Source: Candidatus Micrarchaeota archaeon
GTDB taxonomy: Archaea > Micrarchaeota > Micrarchaeia > Micrarchaeales > CABMGC01
DNA: 57,351 bases
Assembly (NCBI GenBank): GCA_021790305.1
Contig: JAJYED010000004.1
Location: forward strand, 1-57,351
Direction: 5' to 3'
The translations under genes and the position numbers were made by a program. This document shows, one piece after another, positions 37,610 to 47,614 of this stretch (the first letter of the stretch is position 1; each line of letters begins with the position of its first letter). The notes under the pieces are model-generated. The model was not told the DNA's origin. It saw nothing but the letters and a program-made list of their open reading frames with translations, and ran no database searches.

Positions 37610-39886
37610 ATGGACAATACGTTCATGGACGGCGACCGGTATGACAATCTGCTCTCCGTAGTGACAGGACTTTATAAGGAAGCAGGTACTCCTGCGGAGC
37701 TTATGAAGAGGTTTTCAACGAAGATGCAGAGCGTCAGCGGTGTCGACAGCGCCATAGTAAAGGAATCGAGTGCAGACAGTAAGAGAGGCAATTTTGAGGA
37801 GTTCATATTCAACACGAGAAAGCCGTATGTTGACAACAGCCTTAGCGACTATTCGGCTTTTCCTGAGCTGATAGAGTATTACAACAAGGGATACAAGAGC
37901 TGCATGGTGCTTCCGATAAGCGCTTACGATAGGAAGTTCGGGCTGCTAATACTCCTGTCAAAGCAGGAGGAAGCCTTTGGGGGCAATGCCATCTCTGATG
38001 CAGTGGTAATGGCCGAAGCCGTAGGTAATGCAGCGCTCTTCTTATCTGAGAAGGAGAAGAGCGTAAATCTTGCAAAGTATTTTGACGCAGCGTTTAATGC
38101 GGCTGTGCCGCAGGTGCTTATAGACAAGAATGGAAATGTTGTAAAAGCCAACAAAGGCTATGCCAATCTTTTTGATTATTCTGTTAGGGAGGCGATCGGC
38201 AAGAGTTTCGCCAATAACTTCAAGCTTGGAGAACAGGAGATGAAAGAGCTATTTGCAGGAGTGCCTCTTAATACTAGGACAGTCGATGGCAGACTTTTTG
38301 CAATAAGAGGAAGCACTGTAAACGAGAGGCTGACTCATCTCCTGATACGGGATATTACTGAGCATGAGAATCTGGAGAGGAGATTAGATACTGCGCAGAA
38401 AAGCAGGAATGATGTATTTATCGCAATGGATCGCAGCTTTAAGATAACGTGGATAAGCAGCAATGCGGCAGGAGTTCTCGGAATCATTCCTGAAGAAGTA
38501 ATAGGAGTAAATTTCACTGATATGGTGAAGGACGGCTCAGGCATATTGGCTGCGCTTGCGGGAGCTGCCGACAAGGAGTATTCTGCAAACATAAGGTTAA
38601 GCATAGGCAACGGCATGAATGCGGATATGAAAGCTTATCTGTATAGAAAGGATAATTCCATATATGGTGTGCTTTCAAAAGAACATGAGAGGTACTTCAA
38701 AGAGCTTAGCTCAACTTTTGACCAGGTAATAGGCATATCCAACGATTCAATCATAAGGATAGATGAGAATGGGATGATAACCGGGGTGAATAAAAGCTTT
38801 GAGAAGATTCTCAAATACACTCAGGAAGAGGTTTATGGGAAGCCGGTTACAAACATGTATGGCACGGCAGATGGACAGAAGCTGAGTTCGTATATATCTA
38901 TGGCAAAGAAGAACGGAATCGTAACGGACATGTTCGGAAACATGCATGCAAAAAACAGCGATGAGCTTGTGCCTTTCAAGTTTAGCATAAAGAGGATAAA
39001 TGAGGGTTATAGCAGCAATATGAGCTTCCTGATAATAGGTACTGAGCTTGCCACAAAGACGCGTATGGAGGACTTGGAAAATGAGATTGAGAGAAGAGAC
39101 AGGGAGGCACAGAAGTATAAGGCTGAGAGCGATCTGAAGACGCAATTTATAAATAATATATCCCATGACCTGAAGACCCCTATAACAAATATAAAGGGCT
39201 TCTCCAAGCTGCTCTATAAAGGAGAGTTCGGCGAACTTAATGAGGATCAGAAAGGGTACCTTAAGATAATAATGGATGAGCTTGACAGACTGATGAATCT
39301 GATAGGGCAGATGCTTGACGTTGCAAAACTCTCTTCTGGTAAGGTAGTGCTTGACCTGCAGCAGGTAAATTTCAATGAGCTCCTGAATAATCCGAGCATA
39401 AAGGCCTTTGAGGAAGTGTGCAAGGCAAAAGGGCTGTACTTCAGGTCACATGTCGATTATGATGTGCCTACGATAATAGCAGACCCAAACAGGCTGATAC
39501 AGGTTTTGGTCAATCTTATAGGCAATTCAGTAAAGTTTACTGAAAGTGGAGGGATAGAGATTATTGTAAAACGAGTGTCCAAGAACAGCAGGTATGTGAG
39601 AGTGACTGTGAAGGATACAGGCATAGGAATTCCAAGGGAAGAGAAGAAGAAGGTCTTTGGCAAATTCTTCCAGGTGCCGCATAGGGATAATCTGAAGATG
39701 CAAGAGGGAGCTGGCACGGGACTTGGTTTGTCGATAACAAAGGAGATAGTGCATCTTCATGGGGGGAAAGTCGGCGTTGAGTCCGAACCTGGAAAAGGCA
39801 GTGAGTTCTGGTTCAGGATGCCGTTCAGCGCTAAGGTCAAGAAGGAATCAAAGAAGCAGGCGCCTAAAGACAAGGTCAAGGAATGA
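37610..39886 (+). CDS. cytoplasmic GAF/PAS sensor histidine kinase (start uncertain, 37577-37625)
   Basis: H box ISHDLKTP, N box NLIGNSVKF, G1 DTGIGI, G2 GTGLGL; three PAS-like repeats; no TM. Confidence 0.93.
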   Translation: MDNTFMDGDRYDNLLSVVTGLYKEAGTPAELMKRFSTKMQSVSGVDSAIVKESSADSKRGNFEEFIFNTRKPYVDNSLSDYSAFPELIEYYNKGYKSCMVLPISAYDRKFGLLILLSKQEEAFGGNAISDAVVMAEAVGNAALFLSEKEKSVNLAKYFDAAFNAAVPQVLIDKNGNVVKANKGYANLFDYSVREAIGKSFANNFKLGEQEMKELFAGVPLNTRTVDGRLFAIRGSTVNERLTHLLIRDITEHENLERRLDTAQKSRNDVFIAMDRSFKITWISSNAAGVLGIIPEEVIGVNFTDMVKDGSGILAALAGAADKEYSANIRLSIGNGMNADMKAYLYRKDNSIYGVLSKEHERYFKELSSTFDQVIGISNDSIIRIDENGMITGVNKSFEKILKYTQEEVYGKPVTNMYGTADGQKLSSYISMAKKNGIVTDMFGNMHAKNSDELVPFKFSIKRINEGYSSNMSFLIIGTELATKTRMEDLENEIERRDREAQKYKAESDLKTQFINNISHDLKTPITNIKGFSKLLYKGEFGELNEDQKGYLKIIMDELDRLMNLIGQMLDVAKLSSGKVVLDLQQVNFNELLNNPSIKAFEEVCKAKGLYFRSHVDYDVPTIIADPNRLIQVLVNLIGNSVKFTESGGIEIIVKRVSKNSRYVRVTVKDTGIGIPREEKKKVFGKFFQVPHRDNLKMQEGAGTGLGLSITKEIVHLHGGKVGVESEPGKGSEFWFRMPFSAKVKKESKKQAPKDKVKE

Positions 39887-40841
39887 GTGCGGCGCATGCA
39901 TTCCCTATTGACTTTTGGGAGTTATAGTTCGATTCTACCTGCGAGTAGGTAAGCCCGCTGAATAATCCAGTGAATGTAGTTGTTACAGTGACATTGGAAG
40001 GGTAGGTAAACTGGGCATTAAGGGCAGCTTTTGAACCAAGAGTCTTTGATACAGTAGTGTATGTTATGTTGTAAGTTCCAGGAGAGACCTCTACTGCTGA
40101 TGAGGTGATTTCGTACGGAGTTACCTTGCTTGTATTGTAATATGTATTCTGTCCTGAAGGTGCAGAGTGCTGCGTTGAGATGAAGGTTGAATTGTATAAT
40201 GAAGGAGTGCATGATTGCGTTGCCTGATAAAGTGCTGCGTAGTTGCCCATCAGCGTGCCTACAGATGTTTTATTGAATGAAGATATTGCAAGGGCGCCAG
40301 TATTGACTGTCGTTGTTGGCTGTATCGTTGATATTGTGGTGCTGCCTGAGGTGGTAGTTGCAGTTGTAGTGGCAGTGGTCGGATTTCCTGAGACGCCTGT
40401 GGAAATCTTTATGTCTGCAGGTATCTGCACCACAGAGAGAACAGCGCCTGTGTTGTTTGATGAAATAAGCTTGAGTTCCATGTCTGCGTATTGTGACCCG
40501 CTAAGGCTGATGTTTGCCGTCTGGCCTTTGCTTATCCTCAGAGCTATCGTCTGACCCTGGAAGATAGGTATACTGCTGAGATACAGATTAACTAATGATG
40601 GAGTAGAATAGTTAAGGTATACTGAGAATTGATTGCCATTGTTTAACATAAGATTCTGTGCAGACCCTTTCTGCAGAACGAATGTGTAGTTCTGGCTTAT
40701 CTGCCTTGTCCCGTTTCCGGAAGAGAGGACAGCGTATGCTGCTATTATCACTAGAATAACAATAACTGCTGCTATTACTACCTTGCCGTTGCCTTTTCTA
40801 GCAACTTGGTTATGTACGCGGTGATGTTTGCCAAATCTCAT
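39876..40841 (-). CDS. N-terminally anchored Thr-rich surface protein
   Basis: basic N-terminus plus TM, Thr-rich linker between two beta-rich domains. Confidence 0.75.
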   Translation of the reverse strand: MRFGKHHRVHNQVARKGNGKVVIAAVIVILVIIAAYAVLSSGNGTRQISQNYTFVLQKGSAQNLMLNNGNQFSVYLNYSTPSLVNLYLSSIPIFQGQTIALRISKGQTANISLSGSQYADMELKLISSNNTGAVLSVVQIPADIKISTGVSGNPTTATTTATTTSGSTTISTIQPTTTVNTGALAISSFNKTSVGTLMGNYAALYQATQSCTPSLYNSTFISTQHSAPSGQNTYYNTSKVTPYEITSSAVEVSPGTYNITYTTVSKTLGSKAALNAQFTYPSNVTVTTTFTGLFSGLTYSQVESNYNSQKSIGNACAALIP

Positions 40842-40948
40842 GTTTTAGATTTATACGCATGCATTTTAATAGTTTACTTGCAGCGAGGTGCAGGGAAATG
40901 ATAAGAAATATTATATACTTTATACGAATCCTATTATAGGCGATCAGA

Positions 40949-42148
40949 ATGGACAACGTTGAATCTGTAAAATCCGACATCATATCTATAATAAACGACA
41001 GGCAGCAGGTAACCTATAATGAGTTACAGGGGCTTACCTCTTCTCTTAAGATAAGTGAGAGCACGCTCAAAAAGGGACTTGAGGAGCTTGAAGAAGCAAA
41101 TGCAATAGCTTCGAGGAGCAGCGGAGGAATACTCACCTATTATATGCTCCAGGACGAGCAGGTCCTGAACAGGGTCATGATAGTTGAGGATGATAAGAAC
41201 ATAAACAAACTGATGGCTCTCTCTGTAGGCAAGGGCTTCAACATAACCCAGATATACGATGGAAAGGAGGCCATGGAGAGAATAAAAAGGGAGAAGCCTG
41301 ATCTTGTCATACTGGACCTTATGCTTCCTGGAGCTGACGGCCTTGAGATATGCCAATCGGTAAAGACAAACCCTGCTCTTACAGACACCACAGTAATAAT
41401 AGTAAGCGCAATGGATGCTACATCTAACAGATTTAAGGGAATAAAGTACGGAGCTGATTATTACGTAAAAAAACCGTTCGATCCTACAGAACTGAGGAAT
41501 CTTGTCACCATATTCCTGAAGAAGAAGGGTAAGAGATTCGATCCCCTTATAGATCTGCCAAACGAGGAGAAGATATCTGCTGCTGTAGAGAAGAGCGTAA
41601 AGGCAACAAGCGACTACGGAATAGGAAGGCTTAAGGTAGAGGGGCTTGCGGATTTCGCAGATAGATTCGGATCAGATTCAGGAATAACAATACTCAGGCT
41701 TGTTTCACAGCTGATACAGGACAATGTAAAGGAATCAGGAGGGTCTGTCTTCGTCGGATTTCTTGATGCAGATGATTTTGTAATAGCAGGTGACAGGGCG
41801 AAGGTCTCCAAGATAGCTGCGAACATGGCTTCGGAGTTCAACTCAGTACTGCCTTTCATATATCAGAATGAGGGTTACAAACCGATAGAGCTCGGGATAG
41901 AAGACACGTATGGCACGGAGATGCCGAAGCTTCAGCTAATGTACTCGCCAATAGAAAAGAGTGACCTTAAGGAGAGAAGATCCGAGATACTTAAGAGCAA
42001 GAAGGATGAAAATACGATAGGGTCATATACCTACGAAGAGCTGAGGCGCATGCTTGGAAGCAACGACCTTGACGTTATAATAACCAGGGATCAGAACGGA
42101 GTAAGGCTATCCATAGGAAAGGGCAAGAGGGATAAAGACACTGAGTGA
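40949..42148 (+). CDS. response regulator: wHTH + REC + degenerate GGDEF-like domain
   Basis: IVEDD, ILDLMLP, VSA, KKPF receiver motifs; DPLIDLPN and FVGFLDADDFVI in the output domain. Confidence 0.85.
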   Translation: MDNVESVKSDIISIINDRQQVTYNELQGLTSSLKISESTLKKGLEELEEANAIASRSSGGILTYYMLQDEQVLNRVMIVEDDKNINKLMALSVGKGFNITQIYDGKEAMERIKREKPDLVILDLMLPGADGLEICQSVKTNPALTDTTVIIVSAMDATSNRFKGIKYGADYYVKKPFDPTELRNLVTIFLKKKGKRFDPLIDLPNEEKISAAVEKSVKATSDYGIGRLKVEGLADFADRFGSDSGITILRLVSQLIQDNVKESGGSVFVGFLDADDFVIAGDRAKVSKIAANMASEFNSVLPFIYQNEGYKPIELGIEDTYGTEMPKLQLMYSPIEKSDLKERRSEILKSKKDENTIGSYTYEELRRMLGSNDLDVIITRDQNGVRLSIGKGKRDKDTE

Positions 42149-42466
42149 CTATCTTCTCTTTGCTTTTTTCTGCGGGCTTTTAGGCTTTTGGGCTTTTGCT
42201 TTCTTCTGAGTCTTGGGCCTCGCATTCTTCCTTTTGACTGAAATCGACCTGGCAACTGCAGAAGGTCTTGACCCTGCTTCAGGAGAGCCAAGAAGCTTGG
42301 CTATGTGATCTTCCTGCTCTGGCCTGTCAGTTGCACTGTTGCTCAGTGCTTCGCTCTCGATAATTCCCTTCTCCAAAAGCTTATATATTTGCTGAGACCT
42401 ATTAAAAGTCTCAAAGCCTGTTGCCCTTTTGCTTTTATTCTTCTTAGCTACCATTTTAACTCCCAA
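42149..42466 (-). CDS. small Lys-rich hypothetical protein
   Basis: 105 aa, basic low-complexity termini. Confidence 0.5.
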   Translation of the reverse strand: MGVKMVAKKNKSKRATGFETFNRSQQIYKLLEKGIIESEALSNSATDRPEQEDHIAKLLGSPEAGSRPSAVARSISVKRKNARPKTQKKAKAQKPKSPQKKAKRR

Positions 42467-42531
42467 TAACCAACCTTTTACAATAGGCGTACATCACACT
42501 TATAAATTTATTCTATAGCGCAGTGCATTTC

Positions 42532-45195
42532 ATGATACGAGTATTGGATAGGCAGTTTAGTGTAGAGGAGAGCCTCGATAGCCTAAATCTGTTCATAAGG
42601 AAGTGGTTCGTTTCCAGATACAAGGAGCCTAGCCCCCCACAGAGGTACTCCTTCAAGCTCATAAAGGAGAAGAAGAATATACTTGTAACGGCACCGACAG
42701 GGAGCGGCAAGACCTTCTCTGCCTTCATGGCGGTTCTCAGCGACCTTATGAATATGTCGCTTGCAAACCAGCTTGAGGAGAAGGTATACTGCATATACGT
42801 CTCTCCCTTGAGGGCTCTGAACAATGATATATACAGGAACCTTAACGAGCCACTTTCCGAGATATACTCTGATCTGAGCATAGACGTGAAGAAGATAACT
42901 GTTGGGATAAGGACAGGAGATACTCCTACTTCTGAGAGGCAGAAGCACATTGCCCACCCTCCAAACATACTCGTTACCACTCCGGAGAGCCTTGCCATAC
43001 TCCTTAATTCGCCCAGATTCATGGAGAACCTAAAGGACCTGAAGTACTTCATAATAGACGAACTGCATGAGCTTGCCAACAACAAGCGCGGAGTGCATCT
43101 CTCATTGTCCATAGAGAGGCTTGCAGAGGCAGTCGGCCATGATTTCATCAGGATAGGGATGGGAGCGACTTTGCACCCCATAGAGGATGCTGCACGCTTC
43201 CTTGTGGGATATGATAGGAAGGGCAAGGAGAGGGATTGCGATGTTGTAGACGCGACATGGAACAAGAAGCTGCAATTCGTTGCGATGTCTCCTGTAAAGG
43301 ACATAATGAATGCAAAGGATGAGGAGATAGAGAACTCCCTTTACTCGACAATGAATTCCATAATAAAGAAGAACAGCACCACTCTGATATTTACCAATAC
43401 AAGAAGCGGCACTGAAAGAGTAGTCTATAACCTTGCCAAGAGGTACAAATACGGCAATGAGCATATAGCGGCCCATCATGGCTCGCTATCAAGGGATACC
43501 AGACTTGGAGTTGAGGAGATGCTCAAGAAAGGCAAGCTGAAGTGCGTAGTCTCTTCCACAAGCCTTGAGCTCGGCATAGATATAGGGTCTATAGACAACG
43601 TAATACAGCTAGGGTCGCCTAAGAGCGTAGCACGGGTAGTGCAGAGGATAGGAAGGAGCGGGCACGGGTTCGGGAATCCTGCCATAGGTGAGGTCATAGT
43701 CACAAATAGGGACGACCTTGTTGAGTGCTCTGTGATGCTAGATTCTGCAGTAAAGAGACACCTTGACTCGTTCAATACTCCGAAGAACGCTCTGGATGTA
43801 CTCTGCCAGCACATTGTCGGTATGGCCCTTAACAGGAAGTGGGACGTGGAAGAAGCTTATGAGACCATAAGATGCTCCTATCCTTACCACACTCTTGACA
43901 AGCAGGATTACTTTGCAGTACTCAGGTACCTTTCAGGAATGTATGTTGGTCTAGAGAGCAGGCGCGTATATGCAAAGATATGGTATGATGAGAAGGAAAA
44001 GGTCTTCGGGAGAAGGGGGAAACTCACCAAGCTGATATACTACCTTAATCTGGGCACAATACCTGATGAGGTATCCGTAGACGTAGTGACAAAGGAGAAC
44101 AAGCATATAGGAAATATAGAGGAGGAGTTTCTTGCTCGGCTGAAACCAGGCGACATATTTGTACTGGGCGGAAGAGTGTACAGGTTTGAATACTCGAGAG
44201 TGATGAAGGCTTACGTGAGCGATGCTTCTGGAATGGCGCCCACGATACCTCCGTGGTATTCAGAACAGCTTCCTCTTACATACGAGCTTGCAATAAACAT
44301 AGGCAGGTTCAGGGCCGAGTTCACGGAAGCGGTATCGAAATCTGCAAAGAAGGAGAAGAAGCTCATAAGCAAGCTCTCAAGAAACACCCTGGAGGCCAAC
44401 AAGGACGCTAAGAAGATACTCGACAGCATGCCAATGGATGATAATGCAAAGAACTCGATGTTCAACTACTTCATGGAGCAGCTGCTCTTTGCAGGATATG
44501 TGCCTAATGACAGGTTTATGCTGATAGAGCAGAGTGTTGATGAGGAGAGCGAGAGGAACCTGATAATATTCCACTCTTTGTATGGAAGAAGGATAAACGA
44601 TGCGATGTCAAGGCTCTTCGGCATAAAGATAGCAGATATGCACGACACCGAAGTTGGAGTCAATATAACCGATAACGGCTTTGTAATAATGACACCTGAA
44701 GATGTAAGGATCACTGGCAAGGAGATACATGCCATAATACAGGAGCTTGGGAGATCAGACCTTTACAAGATGCTTCGTGAGAATATAAGGAGAACGGAGA
44801 TGATGAAGAGAAGGTTCAGGCACTGCGCGGCAAGGAGCTTCATGATTCTTAGGAATTACCGCGGCATAAAGATAGGCGTAAGGAGGCAGCATGTGAACTC
44901 TCAGGCGATACTCAAAGCGGTAGAGGAGATGGATCCCAACTTTCCGATATTGAAGGAGACTTACAGGGAGATATTCGACGATCTCATGGACCTTCCTAGG
45001 ACTACTGGAATAATAAAAGGACTTGTGGAAGGGAGCATAGACTACAAGGTCATAACAAGCGATATACCTTCACCTTTTTCACATATGATGCTGACTTTCG
45101 GAGAAGCAGATGTTATAATGATGAGCGACAGGAGAAGGCACCTCAAGGAACTTAGGAAGCAGGTTCTTGCAAAACTGAAGGAGATGTCGAAGTGA
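42532..45195 (+). CDS. lhr: Lhr-like ATP-dependent SF2 helicase
   Basis: APTGSGKT, SPLRALNND, TTPES, DELH, HHGSL, LELGIDIG, QRIGRSGH, GTIPD. Confidence 0.94.
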   Translation: MIRVLDRQFSVEESLDSLNLFIRKWFVSRYKEPSPPQRYSFKLIKEKKNILVTAPTGSGKTFSAFMAVLSDLMNMSLANQLEEKVYCIYVSPLRALNNDIYRNLNEPLSEIYSDLSIDVKKITVGIRTGDTPTSERQKHIAHPPNILVTTPESLAILLNSPRFMENLKDLKYFIIDELHELANNKRGVHLSLSIERLAEAVGHDFIRIGMGATLHPIEDAARFLVGYDRKGKERDCDVVDATWNKKLQFVAMSPVKDIMNAKDEEIENSLYSTMNSIIKKNSTTLIFTNTRSGTERVVYNLAKRYKYGNEHIAAHHGSLSRDTRLGVEEMLKKGKLKCVVSSTSLELGIDIGSIDNVIQLGSPKSVARVVQRIGRSGHGFGNPAIGEVIVTNRDDLVECSVMLDSAVKRHLDSFNTPKNALDVLCQHIVGMALNRKWDVEEAYETIRCSYPYHTLDKQDYFAVLRYLSGMYVGLESRRVYAKIWYDEKEKVFGRRGKLTKLIYYLNLGTIPDEVSVDVVTKENKHIGNIEEEFLARLKPGDIFVLGGRVYRFEYSRVMKAYVSDASGMAPTIPPWYSEQLPLTYELAINIGRFRAEFTEAVSKSAKKEKKLISKLSRNTLEANKDAKKILDSMPMDDNAKNSMFNYFMEQLLFAGYVPNDRFMLIEQSVDEESERNLIIFHSLYGRRINDAMSRLFGIKIADMHDTEVGVNITDNGFVIMTPEDVRITGKEIHAIIQELGRSDLYKMLRENIRRTEMMKRRFRHCAARSFMILRNYRGIKIGVRRQHVNSQAILKAVEEMDPNFPILKETYREIFDDLMDLPRTTGIIKGLVEGSIDYKVITSDIPSPFSHMMLTFGEADVIMMSDRRRHLKELRKQVLAKLKEMSK

Positions 45196-45935
45196 TAGAG
45201 CTATACAAAGGAGTATACGTAGTAGAAGGTATGCCGGTATTATTCATAAAGAAGCTGAATGCGCTTGTATGTTCAGACCTTCACCTCGGATATGAGGGAG
45301 TGATGGCGGATAGAGGCATCTTCCTTCCCAAGACAAATCTTGCTAAGATAAAGGAGACATTGAAGAAGAGCACGGAGATAACAGGAGCAAAGAAGCTGAT
45401 AATAGACGGCGATATAAAGAACGAATTTTCCAAAGTACATATGGAGGAGTTCAATGAATTCAGGGAGCTTGTGTCTTTCCTTAAAGAGCTCGATATCGAA
45501 GAGCTGCACCTTGTAAAAGGCAACCATGATAACTTCATAGACAGGTTCGAAAGACCTTTCGGGATAAAGATATATAGGCAGGAATTTCTTCTTAAAGACG
45601 TTTTGTTCTTCCACGGCGAGGAACTACCTGCTTCAGATGAAGGCAAGCTGCTTGTGATGGGACATCTGCATCCTGCTGTCGGCATATTCAACAAATTAGG
45701 GGTTAAGGAGAAGGTGAAGTGCTTCCTTTATGGCAAAATGGCAGATAAGAGAGATATAATCATACTGCCTGCCATGAACTACTTCTCAGAAGGAATAGAG
45801 GTCAACATAAGCAATATTGACGATACGCCGGTATTCAGGCGTATGCTGAACCTCATGGACATGAATGTTGTAGGCATAGATTACACTGAAGCTGTGAAAT
45901 TCGGCAGTGTAAGGGAACTTGCAGATATTTTATAA
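45192..45935 (+). CDS. Lhr-associated calcineurin-like metallophosphoesterase
   Basis: DLHLG, GDIK, GNHD, HG, GHLHP; overlaps lhr stop. Confidence 0.9.
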   Translation: MIELYKGVYVVEGMPVLFIKKLNALVCSDLHLGYEGVMADRGIFLPKTNLAKIKETLKKSTEITGAKKLIIDGDIKNEFSKVHMEEFNEFRELVSFLKELDIEELHLVKGNHDNFIDRFERPFGIKIYRQEFLLKDVLFFHGEELPASDEGKLLVMGHLHPAVGIFNKLGVKEKVKCFLYGKMADKRDIIILPAMNYFSEGIEVNISNIDDTPVFRRMLNLMDMNVVGIDYTEAVKFGSVRELADIL

Positions 45936-45958
45936 TTTAAACAGGGATATTGTTACGC

Positions 45959-46031
45959 AGTCCCGTCATCTAGTGGCCAAGGATAGCGGGCTTTGGACCC
46001 GCTTACGCCAGTTCGAATCTGGCCGGGACTA
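45959..46031 (+). tRNA. tRNA-Gln(TTG)
   Basis: AGTCCCG/CGGGACT acceptor (A1-U72), GCGGG-CT TTG GA-CCCGC, GCCAG-TTCGAAT-CTGGC. Confidence 0.95.
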
Positions 46032-46035
46032 TCAA

Positions 46036-46082
46036 GTGATGAGACGAGGTATTTCTGAATGGTGATGAAAGAGAGTCTCTGA
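46036..46082 (+). ncRNA. box C/D guide sRNA
   Basis: C GTGATGA 46036-42, D' CTGA 46055-58, C' GTGATGA 46062-68, D CTGA 46079-82; 12- and 10-nt guides. Confidence 0.85.
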
Positions 46083-46162
46083 CCAACATGACTTTGCATG
46101 CGCGTATGTAGATAGTATTTAAGGTATTTTGCATCAATACTGAGTATTGTTTAAGTGAATCC

Positions 46163-47614
46163 ATGGTTGAAAAGCCGAAGAACCTTGAGGGCATAAATGT
46201 TCGTAAGGACGAGAATTTCTCTGAGTGGTATACTCAGGTAGTGCTAAAGGCAGGATTGGCAGATTATGGGCCTGTACAGGGTACGATGGCAATACGTCCT
46301 ACAGCATATGAGATATGGGAGATGATACAGGAGGCTTTTAACAGAATGATAAAGAGTACGGGCCATAAGAATGCGTATTTCCCGATGCTCATACCAGAGT
46401 CATTCCTTACAAAAGAGGCAGAGCACTTCGAGGGCTTCACTCCTGAGGTGTTCTGGGTTACTCATGGCGGCAATAACAAGCTTGGAGAACAGCTTGCAGT
46501 AAGGCCTACTTCCGAGACGATAATATACTCCTTTTATTCAAAGTGGATAAGGAGCTGGAGAGACCTTCCTCTGCTGCTGAACCAGTGGTGCAATGTCCTT
46601 AGGGCTGAGATAAAGGCAACAAAACCTTTCCTGAGAACTAGCGAATTCCTTTGGCAGGAAGGACACACTGCACATGCCACTAAAGAGGAGGCAGATAAGG
46701 AAGTTAGGATGATACTTGACTTCTATAAGGAGATTGCAGAACAGTACCTTGCTATACCTGTCCTTCAGGGAATGAAATCGGAGAGGGAGAAATTTGCAGG
46801 AGCTCTTTACACTACAACCATAGAGGCGCTGATGCCTGATGGCAAAGCAGTACAGTCAGGAACATCGCATAATCTGGGACAGCACTTCGCCAAGGCGTTT
46901 GGCATAGAGTTCCTTGATGAGCAGGGGCAGAAGCAGTTCGTCTGGCAGACCTCATGGGGGATATCAACAAGGCTTCTTGGAGCTTTGATAATGCTGCATG
47001 GAGATGATAAAGGACTGGTCATACCTCCGAAGGTTGCACCTGTGCAGCTGATGATAGTGCCGATATACAAGGACATTGAGAAGGCAGAAGTTCTGAAAGC
47101 TTCCAGGAGCATAATGGAGAGTCTCAGAAGCGCAGGCTTCAGGGTCGATATAGATGAGAGGGAGAATAGGACTCCTGGATGGAAGTTCAACGAGCATGAG
47201 ACAAAAGGGGTGCCGATGAGGATAGAGATAGGACCAAAGGACATTGCATCTGGATCTGTAGTATTGGTAAGGAGGAACACTTCGGAAAAGAGATCAGTAA
47301 AAATATCCGAACTGAACAACTTAGTAAAGGAAGAGATAGTTAAGATGCAGAATGAGATGTTTGAAAAGGCAAAGAAGTTTCTTGACCAGAATATAAGAGT
47401 TGCAGAAAATTATGATGAATTCAAGGAGATACTCAATTCAAAGAAGGGTTTCATAAAAGCAGGATGGTGCGGCAAGGACTCCTGCGAAGATAAGATCAAG
47501 GAGGAAACTGGAGCTACAAGCAGACTGATACCTTTTGATCATGAGAATACAAAGAGCTGTGTTTATTGCGGAGAGAAGGCTAAGAGCTACGCTTACTTTG
47601 CACTCTCTTATTGA
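46163..47614 (+). CDS. proS: proline--tRNA ligase (archaeal/eukaryotic type)
   Basis: FSEWY, VRPTSET, FLRTSEFLWQEGH, GTSHNLG, SWGISTR, C-terminal Zn site. Confidence 0.97.
   Translation: MVEKPKNLEGINVRKDENFSEWYTQVVLKAGLADYGPVQGTMAIRPTAYEIWEMIQEAFNRMIKSTGHKNAYFPMLIPESFLTKEAEHFEGFTPEVFWVTHGGNNKLGEQLAVRPTSETIIYSFYSKWIRSWRDLPLLLNQWCNVLRAEIKATKPFLRTSEFLWQEGHTAHATKEEADKEVRMILDFYKEIAEQYLAIPVLQGMKSEREKFAGALYTTTIEALMPDGKAVQSGTSHNLGQHFAKAFGIEFLDEQGQKQFVWQTSWGISTRLLGALIMLHGDDKGLVIPPKVAPVQLMIVPIYKDIEKAEVLKASRSIMESLRSAGFRVDIDERENRTPGWKFNEHETKGVPMRIEIGPKDIASGSVVLVRRNTSEKRSVKISELNNLVKEEIVKMQNEMFEKAKKFLDQNIRVAENYDEFKEILNSKKGFIKAGWCGKDSCEDKIKEETGATSRLIPFDHENTKSCVYCGEKAKSYAYFALSY

Noticed and set aside
42532-45935. 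Lhr helicase-phosphoesterase pair as a novel defence system
   Set aside because: This pairing is an already described conserved archaeal/bacterial gene cluster
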